A stretch of 60,188 nucleotides of DNA from an uncultured virus (IMG/VR IMGVR_UViG_3300042569_001770) (IMGVR_UViG_3300042569_001770), one strand, 5' to 3'; positions 49,297 through 57,850 are shown, counted from the stretch's first letter. Numbers and translations are program-made. Notes: generated by a model not told the origin, from the sequence alone.

Positions 49297-50091
49297 ATAG
49301 TTGGTTCCCGATGAGCCAATAGGACTGAAAATACTCGGTCGAACACAAAATCGGAAATTGATATTTGACATTTTGATTTAGTAGACCCGCCATGCCTCTG
49401 CTTGCAACAAGTAGTTTCTGAAGTACAAAGAAATGAAAGCGAGACCCATGCACACTTTGGCGGGTATTTCTTTTACCAAGCGCAGATGCTCGCAAAGCTC
49501 TACCGCGATGGGCGACAATGCAATGTTTCCGGAAACAACATTTAACCCATAGGGAACTTCAGAAGAAGTCTTGGTAATAATTCTAAAACTGGAATGTTAG
49601 CTTAGAGGCAGCTATCATCTAAGGAGTGGGACTGGACGTGGAGAACTGGTAATTCGTATGGACACAATTCAGATAAGCCATACATCCTATTTATAGGTAC
49701 GGAGATGACCGTGAATTGCGTTTCACAGGATGGAGAAATTCATAACCCCTTTGGCGTAAAAGCACACCAGTTAGATTTGGTCGGCGGCTGAGAGAGCATG
49801 CGTCTGGTTGATCTCTGAGGGCTTCAATAATGCCGAGTATACCCGGCCACCTTTTATGGAGAATCTTTAATTAGATTACGGAGCTAACCGAATGCGTGTA
49901 GAATAAAGTCCTTCGGTCAAATATGACTATCTACCTCCATATTAAATTTTGATAAGTCGGGTGGGAATAGTGTGCTGTTCTTAAAAAGCTCACCACTGCG
50001 GACTTATCAACAGCACCGAGTAGGCAGGTTTAAATGAGTATCCAGCTTCCAGCGGGTTAAAAACCCGGTAGCCAATGCGGACTCAGCTGTT
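49297..50091 (+). ncRNA. Array of eight stem-closed structured RNA modules (or one ~800 nt multidomain RNA)
   Basis: No credible ORF, raised GC; modules at ~49301-49354, 49385-49465, 49473-49577, 49582-49775, 49778-49849, 49855-49941, 49949-50010, 50011-50089, then a T-tract. Confidence 0.8.
49582..49775 (+). ncRNA. 23S rRNA H43/H44 (uL11-binding, GTPase-associated centre)-like RNA with 126 nt insert
   Basis: ACTGGAATGTTAGCTTAGAGGCAGCTATCATCTAAGGAGT...GCGTAAAAGCACACCAGT aligns ungapped to 23S nt 1051-1108 (from memory) with compensatory changes. Confidence 0.8.
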
Positions 50092-50131
50092 TTTATTTGC
50101 GTTTCCCCTAAAAATGTTATAAATTCTATAC

Positions 50132-50299
50132 ATGAAAATTAACCCATATAAATTAGGTATGAACTTTTATATTATCCTTATAGTATCGGTGGTTGTATTC
50201 ATTGGTTGCAAAACGTTTGAAAAACACGAAGACGAACGTCGCTTTAAAAAAGACGTCGAATCTTTCTTTCAGACACCAGACCTTAGCAAGATCAAATAA
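50132..50299 (+). CDS. Small membrane/lipoprotein-like protein (55 aa)
   Basis: Hydrophobic stretch ending FIGC; promoter copy upstream. Confidence 0.55.
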   Translation: MKINPYKLGMNFYIILIVSVVVFIGCKTFEKHEDERRFKKDVESFFQTPDLSKIK

Positions 50300-50342
50300 A
50301 TTCGTTGAGTTTCCCCATTAAATCTATTATTATATTTCCATA

Positions 50343-50594
50343 ATGAGAACTGTAACATCCCATCAATACCAACAAACTAAACTCAAAGCACTCTTCGATC
50401 TAATCTGTGATGAAGAGAATTGGAAGAACCCAATCCATTGTGTAGTTCCTTACTATGCTCTTTCTAAATTTAGCGAAGCATGTAGTCACTTCACAGGAGG
50501 ATGTCTGGTGGCTACGAAGTCTCTTGACGGGGTCAAGAACATGGATATGGTCGAGTGTAAGTCAGATGGCTACTATGTCAACATAGGAGCCTAG
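50343..50594 (+). CDS. Hypothetical protein
   Basis: Promoter repeat upstream; NWKNPI motif. Confidence 0.7.
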   Translation: MRTVTSHQYQQTKLKALFDLICDEENWKNPIHCVVPYYALSKFSEACSHFTGGCLVATKSLDGVKNMDMVECKSDGYYVNIGA

Positions 50595-51130
50595 TGTACG
50601 AAGAAATATACTTCTTCTTCGTATGGTAAAACATCTACTTTTTTACCGTATTCTTTGGCCAACAGATTAGCCAGCAAGGTATACAAAGAGATTTTAGATT
50701 GCTGGTCGGCTCCAGAAGTAAAAGATATATTATCCCCAACCTGAATCTTCTCTGTCAATATGCCTATAACAGTTTTCAATATCAATCGAGCATTCCTAGC
50801 AATGGCACCTCCTTTAGAAGAGGTTTCGGTACCAAATGCTCTTGATTCAAAATCTATCCACCAATAAGGTTCCTGTTTTATATGATTGACATGCTCGTGA
50901 GCTACATCTGCCAAGGCACTCTCCACGCCGTAAGGATCTTTAATATATTCAGCATTTACATCGTATGTGTCATTTTTCTTTTTTAGGTCAGCACTTACAT
51001 TTCCAGTAGTATCATCATAAGCAAAAGAGGTACGCCAAATGTTTGGGGCTATTTGTTTCCAGACAACCGAAAAGGGTATACTCGGTTTTTTGAAATCAAA
51101 CTTCTCAAAGAAAAATTGTTTAAAATCCAT
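50591..51130 (-). CDS. Late protein with capsid-targeting-like leader, inverted in the early region
   Basis: MDFKQFFFE; TAAATA upstream on minus strand. Confidence 0.7.
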   Translation of the reverse strand: MDFKQFFFEKFDFKKPSIPFSVVWKQIAPNIWRTSFAYDDTTGNVSADLKKKNDTYDVNAEYIKDPYGVESALADVAHEHVNHIKQEPYWWIDFESRAFGTETSSKGGAIARNARLILKTVIGILTEKIQVGDNISFTSGADQQSKISLYTLLANLLAKEYGKKVDVLPYEEEVYFFVH

Positions 51131-51177
51131 AAAAATATTTATGGATTTTCCCTATAAAAATCACTAATATAAACACA

Positions 51178-51420
51178 ATGAAAGCAATCAACGCTCGAGA
51201 TATCAAATGGGTTAAAGGAAAAGGTTATGGTATGGCAGAACGTCTTTTCGGGAGCTGGCAAACACCAAACACTTTTAAAGTACTCTCCCCCAAATCAAAT
51301 ACTACAAAAACATTTATCTTGGACAAAAATGCTCCGGGATATGAAGATGGGTGGGACGGAGAATTTAAGATGTTTGTATCTACTTGTGGAGCCATCAAAT
51401 TAATTGTATCTCACGAATAA
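51178..51420 (+). CDS. Hypothetical protein
   Basis: Promoter copy upstream. Confidence 0.65.
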   Translation: MKAINARDIKWVKGKGYGMAERLFGSWQTPNTFKVLSPKSNTTKTFILDKNAPGYEDGWDGEFKMFVSTCGAIKLIVSHE

Positions 51421-51425
51421 ACATT

Positions 51426-51746
51426 ATGAAAAAATATTACATTGACGGAAAAGAAGTGTCGGTTCTAGAAAAGATCCAGCACAAACTCAAACAACTCAAC
51501 GAAGCATTAGAACTTGTAGAGGAGATATCAGACCGATGTGCTTGGGCGGATGACTTTGCCAATTACGGATCCATTCGAGAGGTACTTGATCCAGTCTATT
51601 CTGCAGCAGAGCATGCAAGAGATGAGATTGACGATCAGATAAATGAAATTGAAAGCCAGATTGAAGAAATGAAAGAGAAGAAGCTCGATGCTGAGGCAGA
51701 GGTTGAACAAGAATTTGCTTGCAACATTGAGTATTGTTTAAATTAA
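51426..51746 (+). CDS. Hypothetical coiled-coil protein
   Basis: Start moved to ATG 51426. Confidence 0.65.
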   Translation: MKKYYIDGKEVSVLEKIQHKLKQLNEALELVEEISDRCAWADDFANYGSIREVLDPVYSAAEHARDEIDDQINEIESQIEEMKEKKLDAEAEVEQEFACNIEYCLN

Positions 51747-51788
51747 ACAAAAATTGATTTTTTCGTTTAAATAATATATTATATCAAT

Positions 51789-52181
51789 ATGAAAAACCCC
51801 AAACCTACAGTTACAGTGTATAAAGAAACTGACACCCCTATCATTCCCGAAGTTCCTAAAGAAACCGAAGTCCCTAAAGTAACCATATCAAAAGATACTT
51901 CAATAACTAACGGAACCTGTCTACGCGGGCATGTATCAGCAACATATGATGCTTTGGTTGATGCGTTAGGAGAACCTATTACTGGACGCAGTGGAGACGG
52001 AAAGACTACCTGTGAATGGATTTTAAAATTTGATTGTGGTTCTATTGCAACCATTTATGACTGGAAAATGACAACTACTCCAATGAAAGAATATGAATGG
52101 CATATCGGAGGTACCGGAATTGATGTAGTACGCAAGGTCGGAGATTTTTTAAATTTGCCTGTTGATCGTGTTCAATTTTAA
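51789..52181 (+). CDS. Hypothetical phage protein
   Basis: GT.L.G.V.ATY..LV..LGEP...DGKT..EW...TIYDWK...WHIGG pattern. Confidence 0.7.
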   Translation: MKNPKPTVTVYKETDTPIIPEVPKETEVPKVTISKDTSITNGTCLRGHVSATYDALVDALGEPITGRSGDGKTTCEWILKFDCGSIATIYDWKMTTTPMKEYEWHIGGTGIDVVRKVGDFLNLPVDRVQF

Positions 52182-52240
52182 ATCTTTTCTTTCTTGAGTT
52201 TCCACATTAAATTTGCTACTATTATAGCAACATAAAACAA

Positions 52241-52759
52241 ATGGATCCAAGAAAAAATCAAAAGGTATCAATGAACCGCCAAGCCATCTCTTCTCCTTTC
52301 TTTTCTATGAGAGGAACACAAGTCAAATGGCCTACTATAAGAAAAGCATATATGGATGATGCTAATGTGGAGGTTCTTAAAAATTATGTAACCTCCAAAG
52401 GCAGATCCATCGTATTCCTGGACGGAATGTATCTCACCAAACTTAATCGATATGCCCATAAGCCACCAGAAGAGAGAGCAGTGTTCTGGGAGTTCATGTG
52501 TAAGGATAAAGAGATTAAGGGAGGCATTTTTCTTCTTTGTTGGTTGGGTAATTTCCATAATGGTTGTATCTTTCATGCAGCTCCACAATTTCCCCAAGCC
52601 CAATGTTGGTATGAGGCATTGGGGCAAAAAGAAGCGGATCTCTTTTTCGAGAAACATTCTTTTAAAATCTACAAAGAAGTAGTATCTATTCTTCATAATG
52701 GAGGTCCTATTATAGACGAAGAGGTTAAAGAATTTGTAGAAAACGGAAGCAAGGTATAA
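52241..52759 (+). CDS. Hypothetical protein
   Basis: Promoter copy at 52194. Confidence 0.65.
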   Translation: MDPRKNQKVSMNRQAISSPFFSMRGTQVKWPTIRKAYMDDANVEVLKNYVTSKGRSIVFLDGMYLTKLNRYAHKPPEERAVFWEFMCKDKEIKGGIFLLCWLGNFHNGCIFHAAPQFPQAQCWYEALGQKEADLFFEKHSFKIYKEVVSILHNGGPIIDEEVKEFVENGSKV

Positions 52760-52877
52760 TATGGAAATCGCATTACTTTTTATGTTGGCAGTCGGAGTAT
52801 TGGTATCGGCTTTCTCATCGCAATAACATAAAAATTCTTCTGGAATTTTTGTTTCAATGAATTAAAATATTATTGTA

Positions 52878-53054
52878 ATGAGATACACCAATGCTACAGA
52901 ACAACCATTTCCTACCTGTTTGCCACCAGAGGCATACATAAGAATTTGTAAAACCATTGAACCGGGTCATCAACCCAAATTTTCCAGTTCGGTGTATCCA
53001 ACTATAAAAGAGCCAAACAAACGTAAAAGGATTATTAAAAAAGATCGAGATTGA
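52878..53054 (+). CDS. Small hypothetical protein (58 aa)
   Basis: Hand translation; stop supplied by the TTGA of the next promoter. Confidence 0.5.
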   Translation: MRYTNATEQPFPTCLPPEAYIRICKTIEPGHQPKFSSSVYPTIKEPNKRKRIIKKDRD

Positions 53055-53088
53055 CATTCCTCATTAAATCCATTACTATAGATACATA

Positions 53089-53445
53089 ATGAAAACAATT
53101 ATTAAACACGTGTTGGAGATTGATCAAGTAGAAGCTATCAAAAGATTGATTAAGAATTTCATGGAGGGGATGCAAGACAACATGGGTGACATTGAATATT
53201 TCACTATGGATCTAAATCGCCTTCAAGAAATTCTCAAGGAGATCAATACTACAGGTCGTATGGAATATCTTTTTAAATACGGATATACTAGTATGGTATT
53301 ATCAGACAAAGATATGGAAGAGGTTGATAATTATTTTCGACGCACCGAAGGCGGAACAGATAAATCTGAAGAGTTGGAGATTCATATTATGGATAACCTA
53401 GGTATTAAATTAGAATCAATACCACAACGTTATATATCGTATTAA
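53089..53445 (+). CDS. Hypothetical protein
   Basis: Promoter repeat upstream. Confidence 0.7.
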   Translation: MKTIIKHVLEIDQVEAIKRLIKNFMEGMQDNMGDIEYFTMDLNRLQEILKEINTTGRMEYLFKYGYTSMVLSDKDMEEVDNYFRRTEGGTDKSEELEIHIMDNLGIKLESIPQRYISY

Positions 53446-53465
53446 GGTTGTAAATATAAAAAAAT

Positions 53466-53702
53466 ATGTCTACACTACCTACAATGGCAGTTGATACCTT
53501 TACTCAGGGCAAACTATTTGAAGACGAAGGATTTGCGATCTATGCAAAAACTATAGAAGGAAATTGGGTATCGATTAACGGGCAACCAGGAGAGATTACA
53601 GAAATTAAATGGACTGTTACCGATCCGAATAAAATTAAAAAATTAGAAAGTATCGCTAAAACTTTTAAAGGACCTGCAAGATATTTCGGTAAAGAGGAAT
53701 AG
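53466..53702 (+). CDS. Hypothetical late protein
   Basis: TAAATA upstream. Confidence 0.6.
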   Translation: MSTLPTMAVDTFTQGKLFEDEGFAIYAKTIEGNWVSINGQPGEITEIKWTVTDPNKIKKLESIAKTFKGPARYFGKEE

Positions 53703-53727
53703 TTGGGGGTAAATATTAATACAATCT

Positions 53728-53967
53728 ATGAAAATCAAAGACGACATCCTATTAGAAGAAGCTTATACCGAAATCCTTTTAAAGGAGAACGAAGGCATGC
53801 ACACTATTTCCTCCATCCCCAATAATATTAAACAAGATCTATTAAATTCTTTAGAGAAATATCTCAAAGAAGGTGAACACCAGGACGGAGAAGGTTTTTA
53901 TGGCAATTACAAAACAGCAGGGGAGTTAGCAGAAGACTTTGCAAGACATTTAAATAACTTAGCATAA
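53728..53967 (+). CDS. Late protein with MKxKDDILLE leader
   Basis: TAAATA upstream; leader shared with 58721 and 33738. Confidence 0.7.
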   Translation: MKIKDDILLEEAYTEILLKENEGMHTISSIPNNIKQDLLNSLEKYLKEGEHQDGEGFYGNYKTAGELAEDFARHLNNLA

Positions 53968-53988
53968 TTGTAAACTAACATTTTAAAC

Positions 53989-54025
53989 AAAAAACACCTA
54001 CAAGAAATTGTAGGTGTTTTTTTTT
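53989..54025 (+). terminator. Rho-independent terminator
   Basis: CACCTACAA-GAAA-TTGTAGGTG followed by T9. Confidence 0.9.
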
Positions 54026-54066
54026 GCCTGGAGTTTCCTCATTAAATCTATTACTATAGATACATA

Positions 54067-54228
54067 ATGAAAAAATACGAGGTGATCGCAGAGATGGGCA
54101 GGAACCATCACATGCTTCGAGTAATAGAAGCAGAGAATGAGAAGCAGGCCCGAAAGATCATGTGGGAGAAATATATGGATGACTCTCAAAAAGATAATTG
54201 TGAAGACATAGAAGTGTTTGAAATTTAA
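54067..54228 (+). CDS. Small hypothetical protein (53 aa)
   Basis: Promoter repeat upstream; MKKYEVIAEMGR... Confidence 0.65.
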   Translation: MKKYEVIAEMGRNHHMLRVIEAENEKQARKIMWEKYMDDSQKDNCEDIEVFEI

Positions 54229-54268
54229 ACTTGAGCTTCCCCATAAAATCCGTTACTATAGATACATG

Positions 54269-54529
54269 ATGAAAAACACCAAGCAAATCAAAGAAGTACT
54301 GGGAGATATCTTTGATACCTTCTCCAGCAAAGACGGAGTGTATACTATCAAAAAATCCTACTACTGGGGCGTCACAAAAGACGGAAGCCATTTGGGTGAT
54401 AGGGTTAAAGAAAAATTCCCCAATGCTTTTATTCTTGATTGGGGAAACCATTGGCACTCTTTTGTAGGCGGTGCCAAATCGGGAAGCGCTCAAGATTCTT
54501 ACTGGTACTGCAAATTCAAATTGGTTTAA
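54269..54529 (+). CDS. Hypothetical protein
   Basis: Start moved to the ATG after the promoter repeat. Confidence 0.7.
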   Translation: MKNTKQIKEVLGDIFDTFSSKDGVYTIKKSYYWGVTKDGSHLGDRVKEKFPNAFILDWGNHWHSFVGGAKSGSAQDSYWYCKFKLV

Positions 54530-54531
54530 AA

Positions 54532-54753
54532 ATGAAATCCGAAAAAGAAAAAATAGAATACCGCCGCCGAGTAAAGCGTTTAGCAGAAGAACTCACATAC
54601 AAAGCAGATATCTACGGACCTATCGGCCGCATTTATTCCTTCAAGGCACCCTGGAAAGTCGATAACGATGGCAAACTCTTTCACGGAGACACAGAATATG
54701 ATCCCAAAGATTTGTATGATGGCCACGGAAGATATCTTGAGCTTCCCCGATAA
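54532..54753 (+). CDS. Hypothetical protein
   Basis: ATG 2 nt after previous stop. Confidence 0.55.
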   Translation: MKSEKEKIEYRRRVKRLAEELTYKADIYGPIGRIYSFKAPWKVDNDGKLFHGDTEYDPKDLYDGHGRYLELPR

Positions 54754-54774
54754 ACCTGCTATTATATTAACATA

Positions 54775-54945
54775 ATGAAAGCAACACTCACACGCGCACA
54801 AAAAGAACAACTCCTGGAACTTATCCATCAAACCATCATTCCGGCTATCCATGAAGACGTGATAGGGGATTATGATGAAGAAGATGAAGATAAAGCAAAG
54901 GATTTGTTTTACGAAGCCGTCCAATTCATCAGCAACAATATCTAA
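54775..54945 (+). CDS. Small acidic protein (56 aa)
   Basis: Promoter repeat upstream. Confidence 0.65.
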   Translation: MKATLTRAQKEQLLELIHQTIIPAIHEDVIGDYDEEDEDKAKDLFYEAVQFISNNI

Positions 54946-54951
54946 AAAAAT

Positions 54952-55197
54952 ATGAAAGCCCAATTGACACACACCGAAGATGCCGAAGTTAGACTTTATA
55001 CCGTAGTGTATAACAAGAGCACCTACTACGTGACTTCTATAATCTATCAAGATAGGGATGCTATGGAAGTGATTAGGGATAGTGATGGCAATTATGTAAA
55101 TGATTTTGACCTCTGCTTTGAGATCCTGGAGTTGGTATATGAGGAAGATGATAACGAATTTCAAGACCAACTAAAAACCATCAAACTTTCTGCCTAA
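54952..55197 (+). CDS. Hypothetical acidic protein
   Basis: 81 aa ORF. Confidence 0.6.
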   Translation: MKAQLTHTEDAEVRLYTVVYNKSTYYVTSIIYQDRDAMEVIRDSDGNYVNDFDLCFEILELVYEEDDNEFQDQLKTIKLSA

Positions 55198-55201
55198 ATC
55201 C

Positions 55202-55387
55202 ATGAACGTCAATCATCTTATCCATAACCTCACCCAACTCAAAAGCCGAGGAATAGAAGATATCCCCATTATAGACGACCACTTCAATGAGTATGACGGA
55301 GAAATCCGTTTAGGTAAGGGATCTATAGCCTGGCTGTATATCACAGCATCTACAGATGAAGATGATATCGAGGAGGATGAAGAATGA
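55202..55387 (+). CDS. Hypothetical acidic protein
   Basis: 61 aa ORF. Confidence 0.55.
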   Translation: MNVNHLIHNLTQLKSRGIEDIPIIDDHFNEYDGEIRLGKGSIAWLYITASTDEDDIEEDEE

Positions 55388-55528
55388 AAATGTCCTTTCG
55401 TGGTAAGGTTTGGATTCTGGGCTTATTGTTTAGCATTGGAGTATGGGCTATCATAGCATGGATTCTTTCTATGATCTTCCAATAATCTCCTGGAGTTTCC
55501 CCATAAAATTCTATACTATAGATACATA

Positions 55529-56014
55529 ATGAAAAACGTCACCAAATCAGTATCCGTTGAAGTCAATGAAGAGGTCTGCGTTCTGGAGTACCACACCAAT
55601 CCAGAACCTTATGATAGTCGCCAGAAGCATACTATTGTGTATATTAGTAATCCATTTGATCCGGAAGATTTTGGATTTGATGGACGGCCAGAATATTCCC
55701 GCAAAGGAGAAAATCCTGAATTAGATAAGGCCTGGAGGAAGTACAATAAGATTGAAGTTAATCTTCAGCGAGGCATTATTGATCAAGCAGTCAAGCATGG
55801 AATGATTGAAGAAGATTTGGCTAAGGAGCTTAAATGGTCTCGAAAGGCAGGATGCTCTTGCGGATGTTCTCCGGGTTGGACGACTCGGGATTATCGCCGG
55901 CAATCCATCTGGCTGACATTGGTATCCCCATCTAAGGAACAGGAAAAGAAGGAACGGCACAGGAGTTATGCAGCCGTGCAGGAAGCAAAAACTCTTTCCT
56001 CAATGGTGATTTGA
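55529..56014 (+). CDS. Hypothetical phage protein (WSRKAGCSCGCSPG motif)
   Basis: Promoter repeat upstream. Confidence 0.7.
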   Translation: MKNVTKSVSVEVNEEVCVLEYHTNPEPYDSRQKHTIVYISNPFDPEDFGFDGRPEYSRKGENPELDKAWRKYNKIEVNLQRGIIDQAVKHGMIEEDLAKELKWSRKAGCSCGCSPGWTTRDYRRQSIWLTLVSPSKEQEKKERHRSYAAVQEAKTLSSMVI

Positions 56015-56053
56015 TTTGATCTTCCCCATAAAAGATAGTAATATATTTTCATA

Positions 56054-56209
56054 ATGAATACATTAGAAAATCAATACACCCAGATGGAGCAACTCTCTCG
56101 GGAAGACATCCGTGAACTTGAAGAATGGCTTGCCATACAAGATAGTCTCTCAGATGACAAGTATGGAATCGTTTGTGCCCGAGACACCGAATGGGACTGG
56201 AATAATTAA
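56054..56209 (+). CDS. Small acidic protein (51 aa)
   Basis: Promoter repeat upstream; hand translation. Confidence 0.6.
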   Translation: MNTLENQYTQMEQLSREDIRELEEWLAIQDSLSDDKYGIVCARDTEWDWNN

Positions 56210-56213
56210 AATT

Positions 56214-56363
56214 ATGAAATACACCCAAGACGAAAAAGTAGTAGATGCTATAGTAGCCTGGATGGTTTTACTTTGGATTCTATTCGGGGCTTGTGTACTT
56301 GGTTTGGCTCTAACCATCATCAAAGCAATCCTTTTGTACTTTGGAATTGAAAACAACCTTTAA
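56214..56363 (+). CDS. Small membrane protein
   Basis: Hydrophobic; start moved to ATG 56214. Confidence 0.55.
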   Translation: MKYTQDEKVVDAIVAWMVLLWILFGACVLGLALTIIKAILLYFGIENNL

Positions 56364-56403
56364 GATTGATCTTCCCCATAAAATCCATTACTATAGATCC
56401 ATA

Positions 56404-56688
56404 ATGATTACTACACGTTTCACCAAAGACAACCTTCGCAAATCCGGCCAATACCTTATGTATCAAGCTCCTATGGTTCTAGGTCAGCAACCCCGATTCG
56501 TAGCCCGCTTCAAGCATAAAGGCCCAGTGACGATGGCTCAATTCAAAAAGGAATTGATCAAGAATCATACCGTAGAATACTATTTCGGGGCTTTGGAAAC
56601 CCAATGCCAAGCTCCTCTGAATATTCTCCGAAACAACAATCCTTCTTGGTATGAGGAACTGTTGACGGAATGGAAAAATAAATATTGA
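56404..56688 (+). CDS. Hypothetical phage protein
   Basis: Promoter repeat upstream; FVARFK motif. Confidence 0.7.
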   Translation: MITTRFTKDNLRKSGQYLMYQAPMVLGQQPRFVARFKHKGPVTMAQFKKELIKNHTVEYYFGALETQCQAPLNILRNNNPSWYEELLTEWKNKY

Positions 56689-56722
56689 GTTTCCCCATAA
56701 AAAATAGTAATATAATAACATA

Positions 56723-56926
56723 ATGAAAACAACATTCAATCCTGGAGATTACATTGTCACTCAAGACGGGTTTCGTGGTTATGTCGTAAGCAAATTAGAT
56801 TACTGCAACAACATGTACGATGTTAGGTTGCCCTGCGGATACACCATACGTGGCGGGGAAGAACTGGAGTTGGATATGTTGATGTATCAAGAGATGTCAA
56901 ACCTACTCGACGTATCTAAAGAATAA
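56723..56926 (+). CDS. Small SH3-like hypothetical protein
   Basis: F.PGD.IVT.DG..G.V...YDV pattern; promoter repeat upstream. Confidence 0.6.
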   Translation: MKTTFNPGDYIVTQDGFRGYVVSKLDYCNNMYDVRLPCGYTIRGGEELELDMLMYQEMSNLLDVSKE

Positions 56927-56932
56927 AAATAT

Positions 56933-57121
56933 ATGAGAAAAAAAGATCGCGTCATTGAAGCCACAATAGTCCTGGATATCAGGTTTTTTATTGATGAAAC
57001 CACCGAACCAGAAGATGTACTCAACAGATCCAATCTGTATGTTAATTCAGATCACGGCATGATCACCGAGATGAAGTTTGTTCATTCCGCTATAACCAAA
57101 GACGAAAAGGTTAAAATATGA
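56933..57121 (+). CDS. Hypothetical protein
   Basis: 62 aa ORF. Confidence 0.55.
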   Translation: MRKKDRVIEATIVLDIRFFIDETTEPEDVLNRSNLYVNSDHGMITEMKFVHSAITKDEKVKI

Positions 57122-57266
57122 TATTCCGATCCCGCGTCTTTCAACACGCATTCTGCCTAGTTTGCAATCCCAAAGGATGGAAGTTTTATCTCAAGGGAAT
57201 CTATAGAGAGTTGACCTGGCAATAGTTGTTGATCTTCCCAATAAAAAATAATAATATAATAACATC

Positions 57267-57557
57267 ATGAAAGACCTACAAATTGATACATTGAAGTGCG
57301 TTGGAGTTTCTCAAATCATTCCCGAAGATTGGGCAGACTGGATCTGGTGTCCTCTAAGTGAGGATGCTCCTTTCTCTTGGGGCGGCAATAATCGTAGTCT
57401 CGTTGATGCCGTTTCTTTTAGAGACCATATGGAAAACGTTTTGTCTTATCAAGACGATGAAGACCTGAAGAACCTAATCCAAGAACATCTCCCTGCTGTT
57501 TTGGATATTATCAACTATCTTGAAGCAGGACATATTTACATTGATTTAGAAAAATGA
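57267..57557 (+). CDS. Hypothetical protein
   Basis: Promoter repeat upstream. Confidence 0.7.
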   Translation: MKDLQIDTLKCVGVSQIIPEDWADWIWCPLSEDAPFSWGGNNRSLVDAVSFRDHMENVLSYQDDEDLKNLIQEHLPAVLDIINYLEAGHIYIDLEK

Positions 57558-57844
57558 ATGATCAACAAATCAACATCGCAATTGCGGAGGCGTGTGGGTG
57601 GGAAGAAGAATCATTTGGCCCATCGTGGTGCGAGTCGACAACTAAAATCCCCGACTATTGCAACGACCTCAATGCAATGCACAAAGCATGGTTGTCACTT
57701 TCAGATAAGGACAAATTTGTATGTGACAAAGAGTTAATGCGCGTTCTGGTGGCATCGAAAGATGGACCATATTGGATGACAAACTCAACCGCTCGCCAAC
57801 GCGCAGAGGCTTTTCTTAAAGCAATTGGAAAGTGGAAAGACTAA
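57554..57844 (+). CDS. NinX/ABA-sandwich-like phage protein
   Basis: INIAIAEACGW...PDYCNDLNAMH...ARQRAEAFL. Confidence 0.55.
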   Translation: MNDQQINIAIAEACGWEEESFGPSWCESTTKIPDYCNDLNAMHKAWLSLSDKDKFVCDKELMRVLVASKDGPYWMTNSTARQRAEAFLKAIGKWKD

Positions 57845-57850
57845 TATAAC

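Noticed and set aside
49307..49340. Hammerhead or pistol ribozyme (CCGATGAG...GAAA)
   Set aside because: Core is not CUGAUGA, stem II/GAAA spacing and cleavage triplet do not fit, and pistol conserved motifs are absent
49217..49495. 92 aa minus-strand ORF
   Set aside because: Non-ATG start, opposite to local gene direction, overlaps structured RNA modules
49588..49771. A genuine rRNA gene or host contamination
   Set aside because: Only the 58 nt domain matches, split by an insert and flanked by phage genes; no continuous 23S sequence on either side
49858..49890. c-di-AMP (ydaO) riboswitch-like GAATC..TACGGAG..AACCG
   Set aside because: Only a partial resemblance to the 5' half; the rest of the aptamer and a regulated gene are missing
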